Shown here: piece by piece, positions 1 through 12,890 of the stretch
Layout of the letters: the number at the start of each line of letters is the position of its first letter
How positions within the stretch are numbered: the stretch's first letter is position 1
DNA from: Basidiobolus meristosporus CBS 931.73
Lineage: Eukaryota > Fungi > Basidiobolomycota
Assembly (NCBI GenBank): GCA_002104905.1
Contig: MCFE01000577.1
Location: 1 to 56,633 of the forward strand
Length of the DNA: 56,633 nt
Direction: 5' to 3'
Made by a program: the position numbers and the translations under genes
Notes under the pieces: model-generated
Database searches by the model: none
What the model saw: the letters and a program-made list of their open reading frames with translations, nothing else
Told to the model about the DNA's origin: nothing

Positions 1-2
1 GT

Positions 3-407
3 GCCTCAGTAGCCACCTTCAACACCGGCTACTCTGACGCCGGTTTGTTCGGAGTTTACGTTCAAGGCCCCAGCGCTAAAGTCAGCGACCTTACCAAGGT
101 AGCCGTTGAACAGCTCAAGAAGGCCGCCGAGAACATCTCCGAAGAGGAATTCCAACGTGCCGTTGCCCAAGCCAAATACGCCACCATCTCCCTTTTCGAA
201 ACCCGTCTTGGTCGCGCCGAGGTCTTTGGCAACCGCCTTCTTGCCAGCGGAAAGGCCCTCGCTTCGGTCGACCTCCTTCAGCAACTCGAGAAGGTCACCG
301 TCAAGGATGTCCAAAATGCCGCCTCCAGCGTGCTCAAGTCCAAGGCTTCCTCAGCCGCCTACGGTAACATCTACGCCCTTCCTTATGCTGACTCTCTAAA
401 CCTTTAA
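3..407 (+). CDS. QCR2: 3' part of cytochrome bc1 core protein 2 / M16 peptidase-like mitochondrial protein (5' end outside window)
   Basis: Frame from nt 3 reads ASVATFNTGYSDAGLFGVY...EEEFQRAVAQAK...LEKVTVKDVQNAASSVLKSKASSAAYGNIYALPYADSLNL*. The FNxxYSDxGLFG motif and the LPYADxL C-terminus are typical of fungal Qcr2; MPP-alpha is the alternative. GC-rich codons with abundant CpG, unlike the rest of the window. Confidence 0.78.
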   Translation, partial: ASVATFNTGYSDAGLFGVYVQGPSAKVSDLTKVAVEQLKKAAENISEEEFQRAVAQAKYATISLFETRLGRAEVFGNRLLASGKALASVDLLQQLEKVTVKDVQNAASSVLKSKASSAAYGNIYALPYADSLNL

Positions 408-858
408 ATCTCCCCACCCCCTTCCCCTCCCGGTATTCTGGCCTTCATCAAGCCCCCAGAGTGCTACGTGACGAAGAGTAGCGCATAAACTATATATCAC
501 CTACTATATCTTTCTCACTTCACACTTATTATAAAAGCATTCTTTCACCATCAGGAAGCATAGAAAACTTCAAGCAAATTACTTAAATCATATGAAAGGA
601 GATCTTCAATTCATGTAATAAATGATCCATTGGTATTGATGTTCTTTGTGTCTTGGGTGAATCCTGTTCCCTGGTCTCCCACTTGGAAAATTACTCAAGG
701 GTTTGATGAGTGATGCTTTTGTGGTTCATGTCCAACAATACTGATCATCCATTTTAAGTGGCTGCATGTTGGAAATGCCATAGTTGTAAACATTTATTCT
801 TGTCCAAAGCAGGTTCACAGGTCACTTTGTTTTCCATTCAATCTTAGACAGTACCTCC

Positions 859-1481
859 TGTTATATCCAAGAGAAAAGGGTAATAAAACTCTTGAATGAG
901 TTAACTGAACCTAAGTGACAACTAAGCGCAGAATCGTTTTGTATATAGTTGAGTTGGGCTATAAAGGCAACAGAGTTGGTTTGCTATACAGGATAGGCTT
1001 GGTGTTCTTGGGAATGCTAGATATGCTAGGCTTGGGTGGAAACTAGAATGGAATTGTTGAATTCTTAATTTTGATGAGGCACAATCTTAATTTTGTTGAG
1101 ACACACACTAAACCAAATGGTTCAGTAATCTTTATTTATATTTTTCTGATCAAGTTGAATTAGTAAGTGCCAAGAGACTGGACTAATTGAAATCTGTTTG
1201 GGTGTTGATAGGTGCATAAGATAAATGAGAAATTGCATCATAAACAGCTGATGTCTTGGCAACTACTAAGTGGTTGGATGGATCTCAGATGACTAATCCT
1301 TTGGAAAGGCTTAGCAGATCAGTTGAGGATGCAATGACCACTTGAAAGTTGATCAGGTGTGACAGCTAAAAATAGATTCTGAGAAGTGATAAAATAAACC
1401 ATAACAGGGATTAGTTATGTTAGGGTACTAGATTTTCTAACAGAGTGAAATTGGCTAAGTTTTAAATGTAGATGCATAACA
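859..1481 (-). mobile_element. Solo LTR with 5-bp TSD CCTCC
   Basis: TGTTA...TAACA ends; CCTCC at 854-858 and 1482-1486. Homologous to 33030-33695 and to fragments at ~42870-42980 and ~43900-43962. Orientation inferred from the element at 33030-43962. Confidence 0.8.
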
Positions 1482-1662
1482 CCTCCCATATCCCAGATTG
1501 CCAATACAGTTGCAATCATCTGGTTTCATCATCTAGACTACTGGATTTGCCACTTGGCAAATGTCTTGATTCAGATGCATAAACACAACAAATTATTGCA
1601 ATTAGTAGGGTTCAGATAATTGAAGGAATCCTATCAAATATGACATGATGGCTGGTAATTGC

Positions 1663-2362
1663 TGAAAGAGTTTTGGAGATGTTGGAAGTGATTGGGAGAA
1701 CTTGTGGATTGTGTGGTTTTCATTAAATGATTTATTAAATGTTAAGTAGTCTATATACTTTATATTGACCTAACAAATTAAACCTGAAGAGCATGTTACA
1801 GAAGATCCAAAGTGCATATGTGCAAAGTTTGGGACTGTTTGGATTATTGTAAAAATCTGCAATTGCACCTAAATACACCTAACTTGGTCACTGCAATCCC
1901 CTGTGAAAAATATCAAACTTGGAATTCATCTGATTTTGAGCTGGTATTCTGATGGCATTTTGCTGGTATTCAGCAGGTGTTTTGGGTTCAAAATTTCAAA
2001 TACAATTTTTGATGGAAGTAATGGGCAGTTTATTGCTAAATCTGGTGTGGATGCTAGCTTGCCTAGTCTCCTCCTGGACAACTTGTTTCCTTGCCTACCC
2101 ATCAGCTGAGAACAGAGATTTGGAGAGTTGTCAATTTTGAGAAACTTGGAATTCAGCTGATACTATGGTGGTATTTTGCTGGCCTTTTGTCAATTTTTTT
2201 TCTTAGGGATCATTGCCTACAAATCTTGGAGAGTTCTGGTTAAATCCCTTATAGGGATTTATTTAGAATATTTTCACTAAAATACCAGGTACCCAGAACA
2301 TGAAATTTCTCAAAGTTGTCCAAACAGCCCCAAACTTTGCACACATACAAATCTTTACAACA
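1663..2362 (-). repeat. 3' LTR of Copia-1 with an internal inverted segment
   Basis: Follows the RNase H stop and a purine-rich tract (GAGTGTGAG) on the minus strand. 1663-1843 is homologous to 6352-6534. 28-bp inverted repeats at 1816-1843 and 2319-2346. Confidence 0.8.
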
Positions 2363-2373
2363 CTCACACTCAG

Positions 2374-5300
2374 CTAAATGTTCATACTGACTAGTCCTAA
2401 TTTTGACCTAAGATCTTCAAACTTGTCTCTAACTAATGGTTTGGTAAATATGTCTGCAATCATTTCATCTGAAGGACAGTAAACTAAGCCAACCAAGTTA
2501 TTCTCTATAGCTTCACATACGAAATGATGTCTAATATCTATGTGCTTGGTTCTAGCATGAAAAGTTGGATTCCTACATAATTGTATACATCCTTGATTAT
2601 TTTGAGATATGTAATAGGTGTTTTTTCATATAGACCTAAATCTGTAAAAAGCTTTCTCAAGCACATTGCTTCCTTTGAAGCTTCACAGGCTGCCATATAC
2701 TCTGCCTCTGTGGTAGAAAGTGCTACAGTTGGTGGCTTTCTGATTTCCATGAAATTGCTCCTTTACAGTAAAGAAAGGTGTATACTGTGGTGGATCTTCT
2801 GTCTTCCAAATTTTGTCCCCAATCAGCATCAGAGTATCCCACAAGATCCTGTTCTGAATCCTTATAAGTGTATCTTAAGCAGATATCAGCAGTTCCTTTT
2901 AGGTGTCTAAAAATCTGCTTAACTGCTGCAATATGATCAGATCTATAGTTCTGATTATGCTGGCTGACAACTCCCACTGAATATGGGATATCTGGACGTG
3001 TTCCAAGCATGATATACATTAGACTGTTGATCATAGATTGATAAGGAATGTCAGGGCTATCAGATGACACCAAGCTCTCTTGATTTGGTTGAGTTTTGAC
3101 CAAGTTAAGGTTTGTTTCCATTGGGGTAGCTGCTGGTTTACAGTCTTCCATTTGGAATTTCTTTATTATATCTTGAATATACTTGGATTGGCTTAGGATG
3201 ATAGTTTGGGTACTTCTGTCTATGGAGAGCTTAATCTTCAAGTAGTAACTGAGTTCACCTAGATTGGACATCCTGAACTCCTTGGATAGACTGGATTTAG
3301 TCTCTTCCAATGTTTCTAGGTTATTGGTGGCTATAATAAGATCATCCACATATAGAGCTAATAGAGCAGGATTTGCTCTATCTGGCTTAAAGTATACACT
3401 ATAGTCAGCATTACTCCTTTTGAAGCTAAAAGATTCCAAATAAGAATCTATCTTGCAATTCCAGGCTCTTGGTGATTTTTTAAGACCATATAGAGACTTT
3501 TTAAGCTTACAGACCAAATGGTGGTTATATTAGTCAAAAAACCCATCAGGCAGGTCCATGTACATGTCCTCATCAAGTTCTCCATTCAAAAATGCAGTTT
3601 TTACATCCATTTAATAAATAAAAAACTTATATTTGGCTGCAATAGCCAATATTAATCTGATGGAATTAAACTGGGCTACCAGTGCAAAGGTCTCAGTATA
3701 GTTAGGTCCTTTTGTTCAAAAGTATCCTTTGGCCACAAGTCTTGCTTTGTATCTTTCAAATGTACCATCAGCCTTGTATTTTGTCTTAAAGACCCATCTG
3801 CATCCAATTGATTTTTGGTTGATTGGTAATTTGATCAAGTCCCAAGTTTGATTTTCCATCAAGGCCTGATATTCCTAAGTCATTGCAGATCTCCAAAACT
3901 TTTTCCAAGGGCCATTTAGGGCCTCTTTTACAGTCTGGGGTTCATCAATATGGACTGACTAGGCATAGGCTAAGTTTGCACCCTCATTGATACTGTAATT
4001 TTGGCTATTTCTTGTCTAATTGGATCTCCAGGCATTTGATACTGGAATGATCACTTCTGGGATATTCCAGGGCACTGCTTCAGGCAAGACCATGGTTGTA
4101 CAGTCCTCTGGAGTGAAAAAAGTTTCATTATTTTGATATGATTCAATCCTGACAATTGGTGGACTTTAGATCAGATTTTTGTCATCATTTGATGTCATTT
4201 TTTGTGAAAATTTTGAATTTTCATCAAACAGCACATCCCTGGACTTGATAAACTTCTTTGCTTTGGTATTGTAGAGTCTGTATGCTTTACTCTCATTGCA
4301 GTAGGCCAAAAATATGCATTTTACACTTTTTGGCTCAAATTTGTACTGATTTCTGGGCAGTTTCTTGGCATTTGCTGTATACCCTAATATTCTTAGATGT
4401 TCTGCACTTGGTCTGTACCCATACAATGCTTCAAATGGAGTAGAATCACAAAGTATTCTGTTATAACTCCTATTTTTAAGGTTTGTAGCAGTAGCAACTG
4501 ATTCTGCCCAAAAATCATAGGATAATTTTTGATCATGGATCATAGATCTTGCCATATCAGTTATTGTTCTGTCAGCATGTTCAGCTACTCCATTTTGCTG
4601 TGAGGAGTATGGTACAGTGGTCTCTTGCTTTATCCCATGAACTTTGCAGAAGTAGATTAAGAGTTTTGAGGTATATTCTTCACCATTGTCAGAGCATATT
4701 TTCATGATTTTTTCACCAGTTTCTCTCTCCACCATGACATTAAGCTCCCTGAACTTAGACAGAGCTTCTTCCTTTCTCTTCATGAAGTAAACCCACGTGT
4801 ATCTTGTATAATCATCAATAAAAGTGATCAAATACTTCCTCTCACCTAAGGATAAATTTTGCACAGGTCCACCCAGATCTGAGTGAGTTAGATCTAATAT
4901 TTTCTTAGTTTTGGTTAACCCAGATCTCTTGAACAGTTGTCTGGCTTGTTTCCCATATATGCAGGCTTCACAGTGCTCCAAATTAGCTGGGGAATCAGTT
5001 TTTACTCCGGAAATTAGCTGATCTCTGATCATTTTGCACAAATAATCAAAAATTGATATACCCAAATCTCCTGTGCCAAAGCATTGGTGTTTCTTCATTT
5101 AGGTTACTTATATTCGCTTCCAAATATGATGGAATATAAGTCAACTTGTATAGATTCTGATCACTGATACCCAAAGCAATATGGGCACCATTTTGATCAG
5201 TGATCTTGCATCCAGAAATGTCAAAGCTGAAGCTGAATCCTTCTGCAGTGGCCTTGCTTACAGAGAGTAGGTTCTTGGCTATTTCTGGTACACAGAGTAC

Positions 5301-6317
5301 TTCTTTAAAGGTCAGTGTATGGCTTCATTCACTGCTTCTAAGGTTTACTTGGATAGTTCCTTCTCCCACTGCATAAAGTGTTCTATTGTCACTCATGAAA
5401 ACCTTCATTATTGGAATATCTTGATATTGGGTAAAAAGTTCATTTTGGTGTGTAAAGTGTTGGGATGCTCCAGAGTCAATATACCATGTCCAAGAATCCT
5501 TGTTTGTGGTCATATTTAGTGCAGATAGGAATAGTCTATCTTCAGTTGTTGCAGCATTTCCATGTTCAGACTTCTTTTGCTGACTATCTCTCTTTTTGAT
5601 ACACCAGTCTGATGTGTGTCCTTTCCATTTGCAGTAGTAACAAAACAAGTTGCTGTTGCCTTTGTAGGGTCTTAGGTACCTCCTTTGTTGGTTATCATTG
5701 CTTATCAAAGCATTTTCTTCTTCCTTTGTATTGGTGCTTGATTTTCCCAATTCTTCATTCAGCAGCCTTCCATATATGTAATTTTAGGTCAAATCTTCAG
5801 TTCTGGACTCTAGGGCTGATACAAGGCCCTGAAGCCTGTCTGTCAGGCTATTCAGGATTGTAACCATCACATCCTCATCAGTAGTTGGTATGCCCACAAA
5901 TTCCACTTCATCCACCAGCAGGGTAATTTGGTTAATTAGATTTTTCATTTCTTCTCCTGGCTGCATCTTTATAGTAAAGAATTTTTGTCTCAGATGCATT
6001 TTCTTAGCAGCTGAAAATGACTGGTAGGTGTCTTCTAATGCCTTCCAGGCATTCTTTGCTGTTTTTACTCTTGAGCATTGAATTAGCAATTTGTCTTTAA
6101 CATTAAGGCAAGTGCAGTTAAAGGCACTTTGTTCTTTCTTCCAGTACATTAAGGCTTCCACTCCGGCATTTTTGGGAGGGTATTCATCTCCTATGAGAAT
6201 ATCCTAAAGGCCTCTTTCTTGTAGCAGCATCTTCATCTTCACCTTCCACACTTGGTAGTTAGATCCATCCAACTTTTCAGCAGAGGGAAAAATTCCAGTA
6301 ATAGCATTAGTGGACAT
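2374..6317 (-). pseudogene. Copia gag-pol pseudogene (stops and frameshifts)
   Basis: gag start KLDGSNYQVWKVKMK; zinc knuckle CYYCKWKGHTSDWC; protease WYIDSGASQH; GAG-pre-integrase CEACIYGKQ; integrase HSDLGGP, FIDDYTRYTWVY, SQQNGVAE; RT CKLKKSLYGLKKSPRAW, LYVDDLII; RNase H GYSDADW, ALSTTEAEYMA, ADIFTKPL. Confidence 0.95.
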
Positions 6318-6336
6318 TGTAGAGAGTGGCAGCTTG

Positions 6337-6348
6337 GGGCTCATAACC
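6337..6348 (-). promoter_or_regulatory. Primer-binding site GGTTATGAGCCC, complementary to the tRNA-iMet anticodon arm
   Basis: 3 nt inside the 5' LTR end; reverse complement of GGGCUCAUAACC of fungal initiator tRNA (Ty5/copia-type priming). Confidence 0.85.
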
Positions 6349-6649
6349 TATTGTAAGAGTCTTGGAGATATTGCAAGAGATTGGGAGGACAAGTAGATTA
6401 TGTGGTTCTAACTTAATGATTTATTGAATGTAAGAGTAGTAATTATACTATTACATGGTCTTGGAATAAAAAGCACATAGAATTAGCTATGAAAGGTCCC
6501 CAGAACATGTGTGCAAAGTTGGAGGCTATTTTGACAACTTTGAGGATTTTCATGTTCTGGGTACCTGGTACTTTGGAGAAAATATTCTAAGTAAATCCAA
6601 ACAAGGAATTTGGTCAGTATTCTCTAGGACTTGAAGGTAATGATCTAAC

Positions 6650-7230
6650 TGACTATGATGTGTGATTATTTAGGTGGAGTTACAAATTTTCACAACCATT
6701 GCCTCTTTTTCACACTCATTACTTCCTGACTCAACCAATTCTCTTACATTTTAGGCATACAGATTGGTTTATTTCTGATGCAACTTTAGTTGTACCTCAA
6801 TGGCCAGTTGTACTGACCTTTAAAAGTCCCTCTGTCCAACACTAACATAAAGCTCAACTCCACACTCAGCAAGTAACTCCATTAAAATCCACCACTCAAT
6901 AAGTATTTCTATTATAATGCTCTGTTTCCATTACTTTTGCAAGAACTCTGCAGCTTTATGCCACTGTTTATTCACTGGTTCCCATACATCATAGGCTTCA
7001 GCTGGCACTGCAAGGTCCAGCACCTCATCTGCCAGTCTTTGCAATAAATCCTTACAATATTCAAGTGTGTTTTCTTGAGCACTGCACTTAAAGAAGTGCT
7101 GCACCTGTTGGACTGTCTATCACTGTCTCAAAATTCCAATATAAGCTTTGTCATAGTCTGCTGAGTTCTTGACACTGTTGCTTTGCCTGTCAATGGGATC
7201 TCCACTCTGTCTATAATGGAGGATGTGGAG
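6650..7230. repeat. Unclassified dispersed repeat, copy 1
   Basis: Aligns by eye to ~21950-22570 and partly to ~49250-49460 (e.g. CCCCACACTCAGCAAGTAACTCCATTAAAA and GCACCTCATCTGCCAGTCTTTGCAATAAA blocks). Confidence 0.75.
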
Positions 7231-7249
7231 GTAGTGGCTGACAAGCACT

Positions 7250-10217
7250 ATGAAGAATAATTTGGTCCCACTGGTGGATCCAATCCAGATCAACCATCAG
7301 GATCCCACAATGAAGTCTTCACAATGGTAGCAGCTTGGAATTATTGACCCTCTACATGATCTTATGGCAGGATTATAATGGCATTCTAGTGAATTTACTG
7401 CCAAATAAAGTAAAAAATTTGACGGTATTTAGCTGTCTTTTAACAAGAATTGCATGGCATTCTGACATTCTTAATGTGCTCTACACTTATTTGAGCAGAC
7501 TTAACCAGCCAATATATTCAATTGCCTTATATGGCAAGAAGCATGACAGTGCTCTGACAGCCTCATTGCAGACCTGTGCTGGCATGATTACAGCAGTATG
7601 GTGGCCTACAGCTAGTTCTGTATAATGCTATTATACCAATTTACCAAATGGTGTTTCCTTTCTCTACCTCCTCTAGCACAACTCATATATTCCACTGTAG
7701 AATCACCCCTCTTATTTGCTTACCTGTTAATACTTTGGATATTCCACATCTGGAGTCAACCCTCCCTATTTGGTTACCCACTACAACTTTGGGTATTCCA
7801 CATATAGCTCAAATGAAAAAAAAGACTATCACCACCTGCTTATTAACCTCTGAGTACATGCTCACTTGCAAAATGGACATACTTCTATCACCTTGACTTT
7901 ACAATTTTTCAGTGTGAAACTTGCAAAGTTGCCATATACTATGTATTGCTGCTAACATATACACCTTGCAAGCATATGCTTGGTTGCCACCACTATTGCT
8001 TTGAATATCTTCTGAATATCAACAAAGAGCCTTTTGGTATTTAGCCAATATATTCTTTCTCCCTACTGGATTGCAGTCCACCCTATAGATGTGCTCTAGC
8101 TCTGGCTTGTGTGAGTTCTGTTTTGGATGGTGTAGAAATTGACTTGGGACCAAGAGAAACTCAGCATACTTTGGTAAAGTTGTCCTAATTAAAATAAGTT
8201 GCTTGTTGTGTCCAACCAGACTTTGCATTACTGAACTGATTACCCATGCATTTGGGCTGCTTAGCTTCTTAATGCCATAGGTGTACGTGTCTCCATGTGC
8301 ACATCTGTCCTCAGTATTTTCCAACTGTTCCTGGCTATCCTCCATGTGCTAACTCATCACATCCATGAGTAACATGAAGGTATTATTCTTGATGAAATTG
8401 GGATATGGTAGTACCTGCAACTTGACTTGTCTTCCAATCTCCCCCACATCCACTCCATAGGAAACTCCCAAAAGGTGAAGCAAGGTCCAATATTCTCAAC
8501 ACACCAAGCAAGATAGAGTAGCAAGTTGTTACAGTAGTGGCAGAGATCTACACATTCAGCTTTATGTTTGCAGTATAGCCACTCAAATCCTGTCACAAAC
8601 TCTTTGTACAAAAGATGTACTTGTGTCAGGTTGGCATTGGTGATCTGCTTATTGAAACATATGCCTATGGATATAGTAGTGGCAGGGATCTACACATTCA
8701 GATTTGTGCTTCTGGTATGGCTGCTTATATCATGACACAAACTTCTTGCTTAAAAGCTGTAAATGCATCTAGTTGGTATTGGCAATCTGCTTATGGATAT
8801 ATATTCCTACAAAGTCAACATATGACTTCTAATGCTTCCAACATATTCTTGGTAGAAATGGCTTCAGAAGACCACTTGAGTACATACATACCCAGTTTTT
8901 CCAGTTCTAGCATCTGAGTTGTTGCATATCCATACAAATATTAATTGCAGCCTATGAGAAGAACTTTAGGTAGCAGATACTCTGTATTATCTTGTAAATG
9001 CATTCAACTTCTCCATTATCATCAAGGGCTAATTTAGCTTGAAATGACCCATGTACAGCTTGCACATTGGTAGAGGGATATTGTAGAAAAGCAAATGCAT
9101 AGCTCCCAGTTGAAAGCTTTTGGAAAACATACAAAATTTCATCCAGCAATGAATAAGGGTAGCTATCCAGGGTGGATGGTGATTTAGGCCCAGGTGCCAA
9201 TGAGACTACCATCAGATTTCTGCTCTGATACTGTAAGATGGGCAGCAGATTCAGGTAGATAAGAGTCAGTGGCCAGCACAATTTGCTAGTAGAAAACTTG
9301 TCTAATGAGAGTCCATCAAGTGCCAAGGGAAAGGCCTAGTCATACATACCTCTAAAGTGTTTGTTGCTTCTTAGTTGTTAGAAATGTTTTCTATCAAGTA
9401 TATTGGAAATGTTTGCACCGGATTGATACTGGGTGCTGTACTTTATAGCTTCACAATATTTGCTAGACTGTATGAGCTTTTTTAGTCAGGATATTGCTGG
9501 AATATACCCAGAGTGTAGGCAATGCTTTCCTCCTATGGTGGCAGATTCCTGACAAGTCAAACACATTGTAATGGTGGAATCCTGTGATGTGAATGCCCTG
9601 CAGCTGCTAACACATGATAGTATCAGGATTGTGTCTAGGCCATATGTTGCCAGCCACATTATGATTGCCCATTTGTACCAAGTATATGGCAAGTTGCATC
9701 CCAGAATGATTTTGGCAAGTGGTGGTAGTAGATCATCAAAGTCCCCATTAATGATATTTGTGGAAACACACCACTTCTCTAGACACAACATCACATCATT
9801 TACTAGTAGATGGATTACTGGGATAACTTGACTCCATCAAGTATCCTCAGCATTTTTTCTACAGGTGTTGTCTCATCTCATATTAGGACTTTGCTGGGCT
9901 CATGCAGGGTACTGTTACTAGGAGAGATAGGGTCACAATCCATCAGTGAGTCTTCTTCCTCAGAGCTATCACTCTGTGTGCAATATTTGAAAGTCTGAGG
10001 TGAGCCTAAAAGCATCACAAACTCACCTGACTTGGATTGCTCCAGGTGACAAGTATGGCTAGGTGACATTTTAGAAGTATTTAGCAGCCAGCACAATATT
10101 GTTGACTCAGTACTGACTGATGAGTGGTCAAGTATGACTTGGGAGGCAAAATACTGGCTGTAATCCTTGTAATACTTTCTATATTGTCTGCATGATTCAT
10201 AGCTGAGAGGCTTATAC
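7250..10217 (-). pseudogene. Decayed CACTA/EnSpm (Tnp2 / Transposase_21-like) transposase
   Basis: ALDGLSLDKFSTSKLCWPLTLIYLNLLP...SLAPGPKSPSTLDSY resembles the Transposase_21 core; SCVSSCRAFT...CLTCQE resembles the N-terminal Cys cluster; GPCFTFWEFPMEWMWGRL resembles the DUF4218-type region. The left boundary is uncertain. Confidence 0.75.
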
Positions 10218-10403
10218 AATAGAATTTTTCTGTTGTATAGTGCCACATAGTGCCAGCCTGTTTATAGTGCTAGATAAATCTGGCACTCTATTGCACCATC
10301 TGGCACTAAAATATCTACCATCATGCCAGTGGTAGGATATAGTCACTGGTAATTTTATTTAATCTTACTTATGTTGCTCAGAATAGTGCTTTCCTTGTGT
10401 TAT

Positions 10404-11288
10404 TTATTCTTCATAATGCTCCAGACACATTTCTCTCAGTGGATATCTTCTTGTATGAATATACTGTGCATTGATAAGTATCTTAACTATTTTACCTATT
10501 CTGCTGTTTTCACCTATATAAGACTTTCCTCTATATTTATCAGCCAGTATGCCAAATGTCTTCAGATATCCAAATGTATGCTCTACCCTCACTCTGAAAT
10601 GATTAAATATCTCATTGTAGAGCTTCTATTTCCTGCTCAGCACACCATTCCTTGGCTTCCTATATGCTCTAATACATCCTAATCTCTGCCAATCCTCTCC
10701 TATATAAACTAAGTCTGCCATATATTTCTCCCCTCTACTGAGTTCTGGAGGCTTCTCTACCCAGAGTGCTGTGTCATGTCTACTTCCAGCAAATGGCCCA
10801 CTAAACCAGAAGATGTTACCCTCAATGTCAGACAGTGCTTGAAACTTCACACAGTGTGCTTTGAACTTGCAAGAATAAAGGTGCTTCTGCCCTCTCAAAG
10901 CTCTGTTAATCCTGACTGGGAAGGTATCAAAAATACTCCTGTTATGGAAGCTGTTGCTGAACACTCTGGGATATGAAAGTCTACCAGAGCTTCTGAACCT
11001 AGTATTCCAAGCTTGCTCTAAGTCATTCAAACCCTCTGCAAAGTGGTACTGCATTGCTCTTAGCTGGGAATGAAAGCTTCTAGGACTTTTGTGGTCATGG
11101 ATAGTAGGATGAAACCTTGTGAGGCAATAGTACTTGTAATAGCAGAGAAGCTTAACAAAGGAGCTCCTTCAGTAGATTGAGGTAGATGGTCCACAGTACT
11201 ATGTATAGATCTCCTCTAGTGTATCAAGAGGGAATCCAGTAGTAGTGATGGGATTGATGAGAAAGGACCAATCAGATGAGTAAGTCAT
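10404..11288 (-). pseudogene. DDE_Tnp_4-like transposase of copy A
   Basis: DTFPVRINR...YSCKFKAHCVKFQALSDIEG...GPFAGSRHD...MADLVYIG...YRKPRNG...RVEHTFGYLK; broken by stops. Confidence 0.85.
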
Positions 11289-12890
11289 ATTAAATTTGGT
11301 AGGTGATCAGGCTGAGGTGAATTGAATTGGTGCTATCAGCTTTATTTATCTCATTTTCCATGCATTATGATTGAATCTCCATCAATTGCCATTTATCCCA
11401 TCATTATGTTGCAAAAATCATCCTCAAACAATGATTTATTATATTTATTGATACTTTACTCACAAGTCTGTAATTAAATAGGAAATCTGCAATTGATGGG
11501 ATCCAAGATGCATCATGCATAAAATATGCAAAACTTAGCAATCAAATTGATTTTCATGTATATTTCATATAAGACCAGGCTGATGCCAATAAACTGCCAT
11601 ATAAGTATCCAAATTTGTCACTATGGTCCCTTTACCAAGTCACAACTCATATTTAGTACAACCCAGACAAAACCCATCCCCCAGCCCACAAGTGTGGTCC
11701 AGACCAGAGAAGTCAATATTGGATCCATTCAAGTTCTTGCCAAATAATTTTAGTATGGCCCAAGTGTCTATGATGGCCTTCATACAGATATTTGGGCACA
11801 ACTCATGAATCTAGCAGAATTAGATACCTCAGAGAGTTGACAAAAGATGGAAGAATCTGAGTAGAAAGCTGTGGCATGAGTTCTACATCAAGATGCCAGC
11901 AGATGTATGTAAGAAGATAATAAGCAAGACAAGTATTGAAATCAAGAATGAGCTGAGAGTGAGGGGATTTGATGAGGAAGCCACATGGGAGCAATTTTGT
12001 GCACAATTTGCACAGCACAGTGTAGTGGGGTCACAATGACACCCATTGACAGATGTGCTCATTCCCATATTTTCTACATGCCTATTTCTCTACTATACTT
12101 GTTTTAGTTTTATCCCAATTGTCTTACCTGATCAGTACTATCTCATATGCTGGTTGACTATCACAACTGCTTACCTTATTGCATAAGTTATCCTTCACTT
12201 TATGTAAGATTACTAGCTGTAAGTGCTTCTATATTAGGCAAGTACCTGGCCCAGTACCCATGACACATGATCAACCCATTTCACCATCCCTACCATTTCC
12301 ATACCATACATGGTATCCCTATGTTATGCAGGTTTCAGAGTACAGATTCCTGATTGGCTAGATGTACTGTGCCTCTTAGAATCTTCTGGCACCTACTTAG
12401 AATACTCTTAGCTCATTCTGATGTCATTAAGATTCCTATTGATAACCAGAACCTTCTGGAACACCATGATTAGTAATCACTTAGCCAGTGAGAAAAGTAT
12501 ATAAGGGAGGCAATCCCTCAACAATAAATCATTGTCCCTTTTATCAATATACCAACTTGTTGATTAGTGTGATCACTGGTACCTGCTGCTAACTGAACTT
12601 CCAACCCCAGACCACAGGACACTCCCAGGAAACCATGCTGACAGCCAACTGACCTTGGATGCACTACTTACAAGGAATACTCAGAGTAGGTATCTTTTAT
12701 TATATTTTATTCTTTCCCAAGTTTGTTCTTGTACAGACAAAGATACTTTTCTGTCTTTGTAACTATTGACCACAGCTGCATTCTCATCAAGTCCCTGTGG
12801 GTGGAGTTTACAGTTGTTTTAACTTTGGAAGCTTTAGTACATTATTATCTCAAGGGACACTGAGCCCAGCACATTCTTTTATTAAGACGC

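Larger units (their letters stand above)
1663..6650 (-). mobile_element. Decayed Ty1/Copia LTR retrotransposon (Copia-1)
   Basis: gag-PR-IN-RT-RH order on the minus strand; PBS at 6337-6348; 3' LTR 1663-2362 (TG...CA); 5' LTR from 6352, truncated at ~6650. Confidence 0.92.

Noticed and set aside
6-399. Alternative ORFs 6-314 (minus) and 106-399 (plus)
   Set aside because: Shadow frames of the codon-biased QCR2-like CDS, with no recognisable motifs.
560-1662. Possible integrase remnant around the first solo LTR
   Set aside because: Only weak fragments (IFQVGDQG, KTFAKW); too degraded to call.
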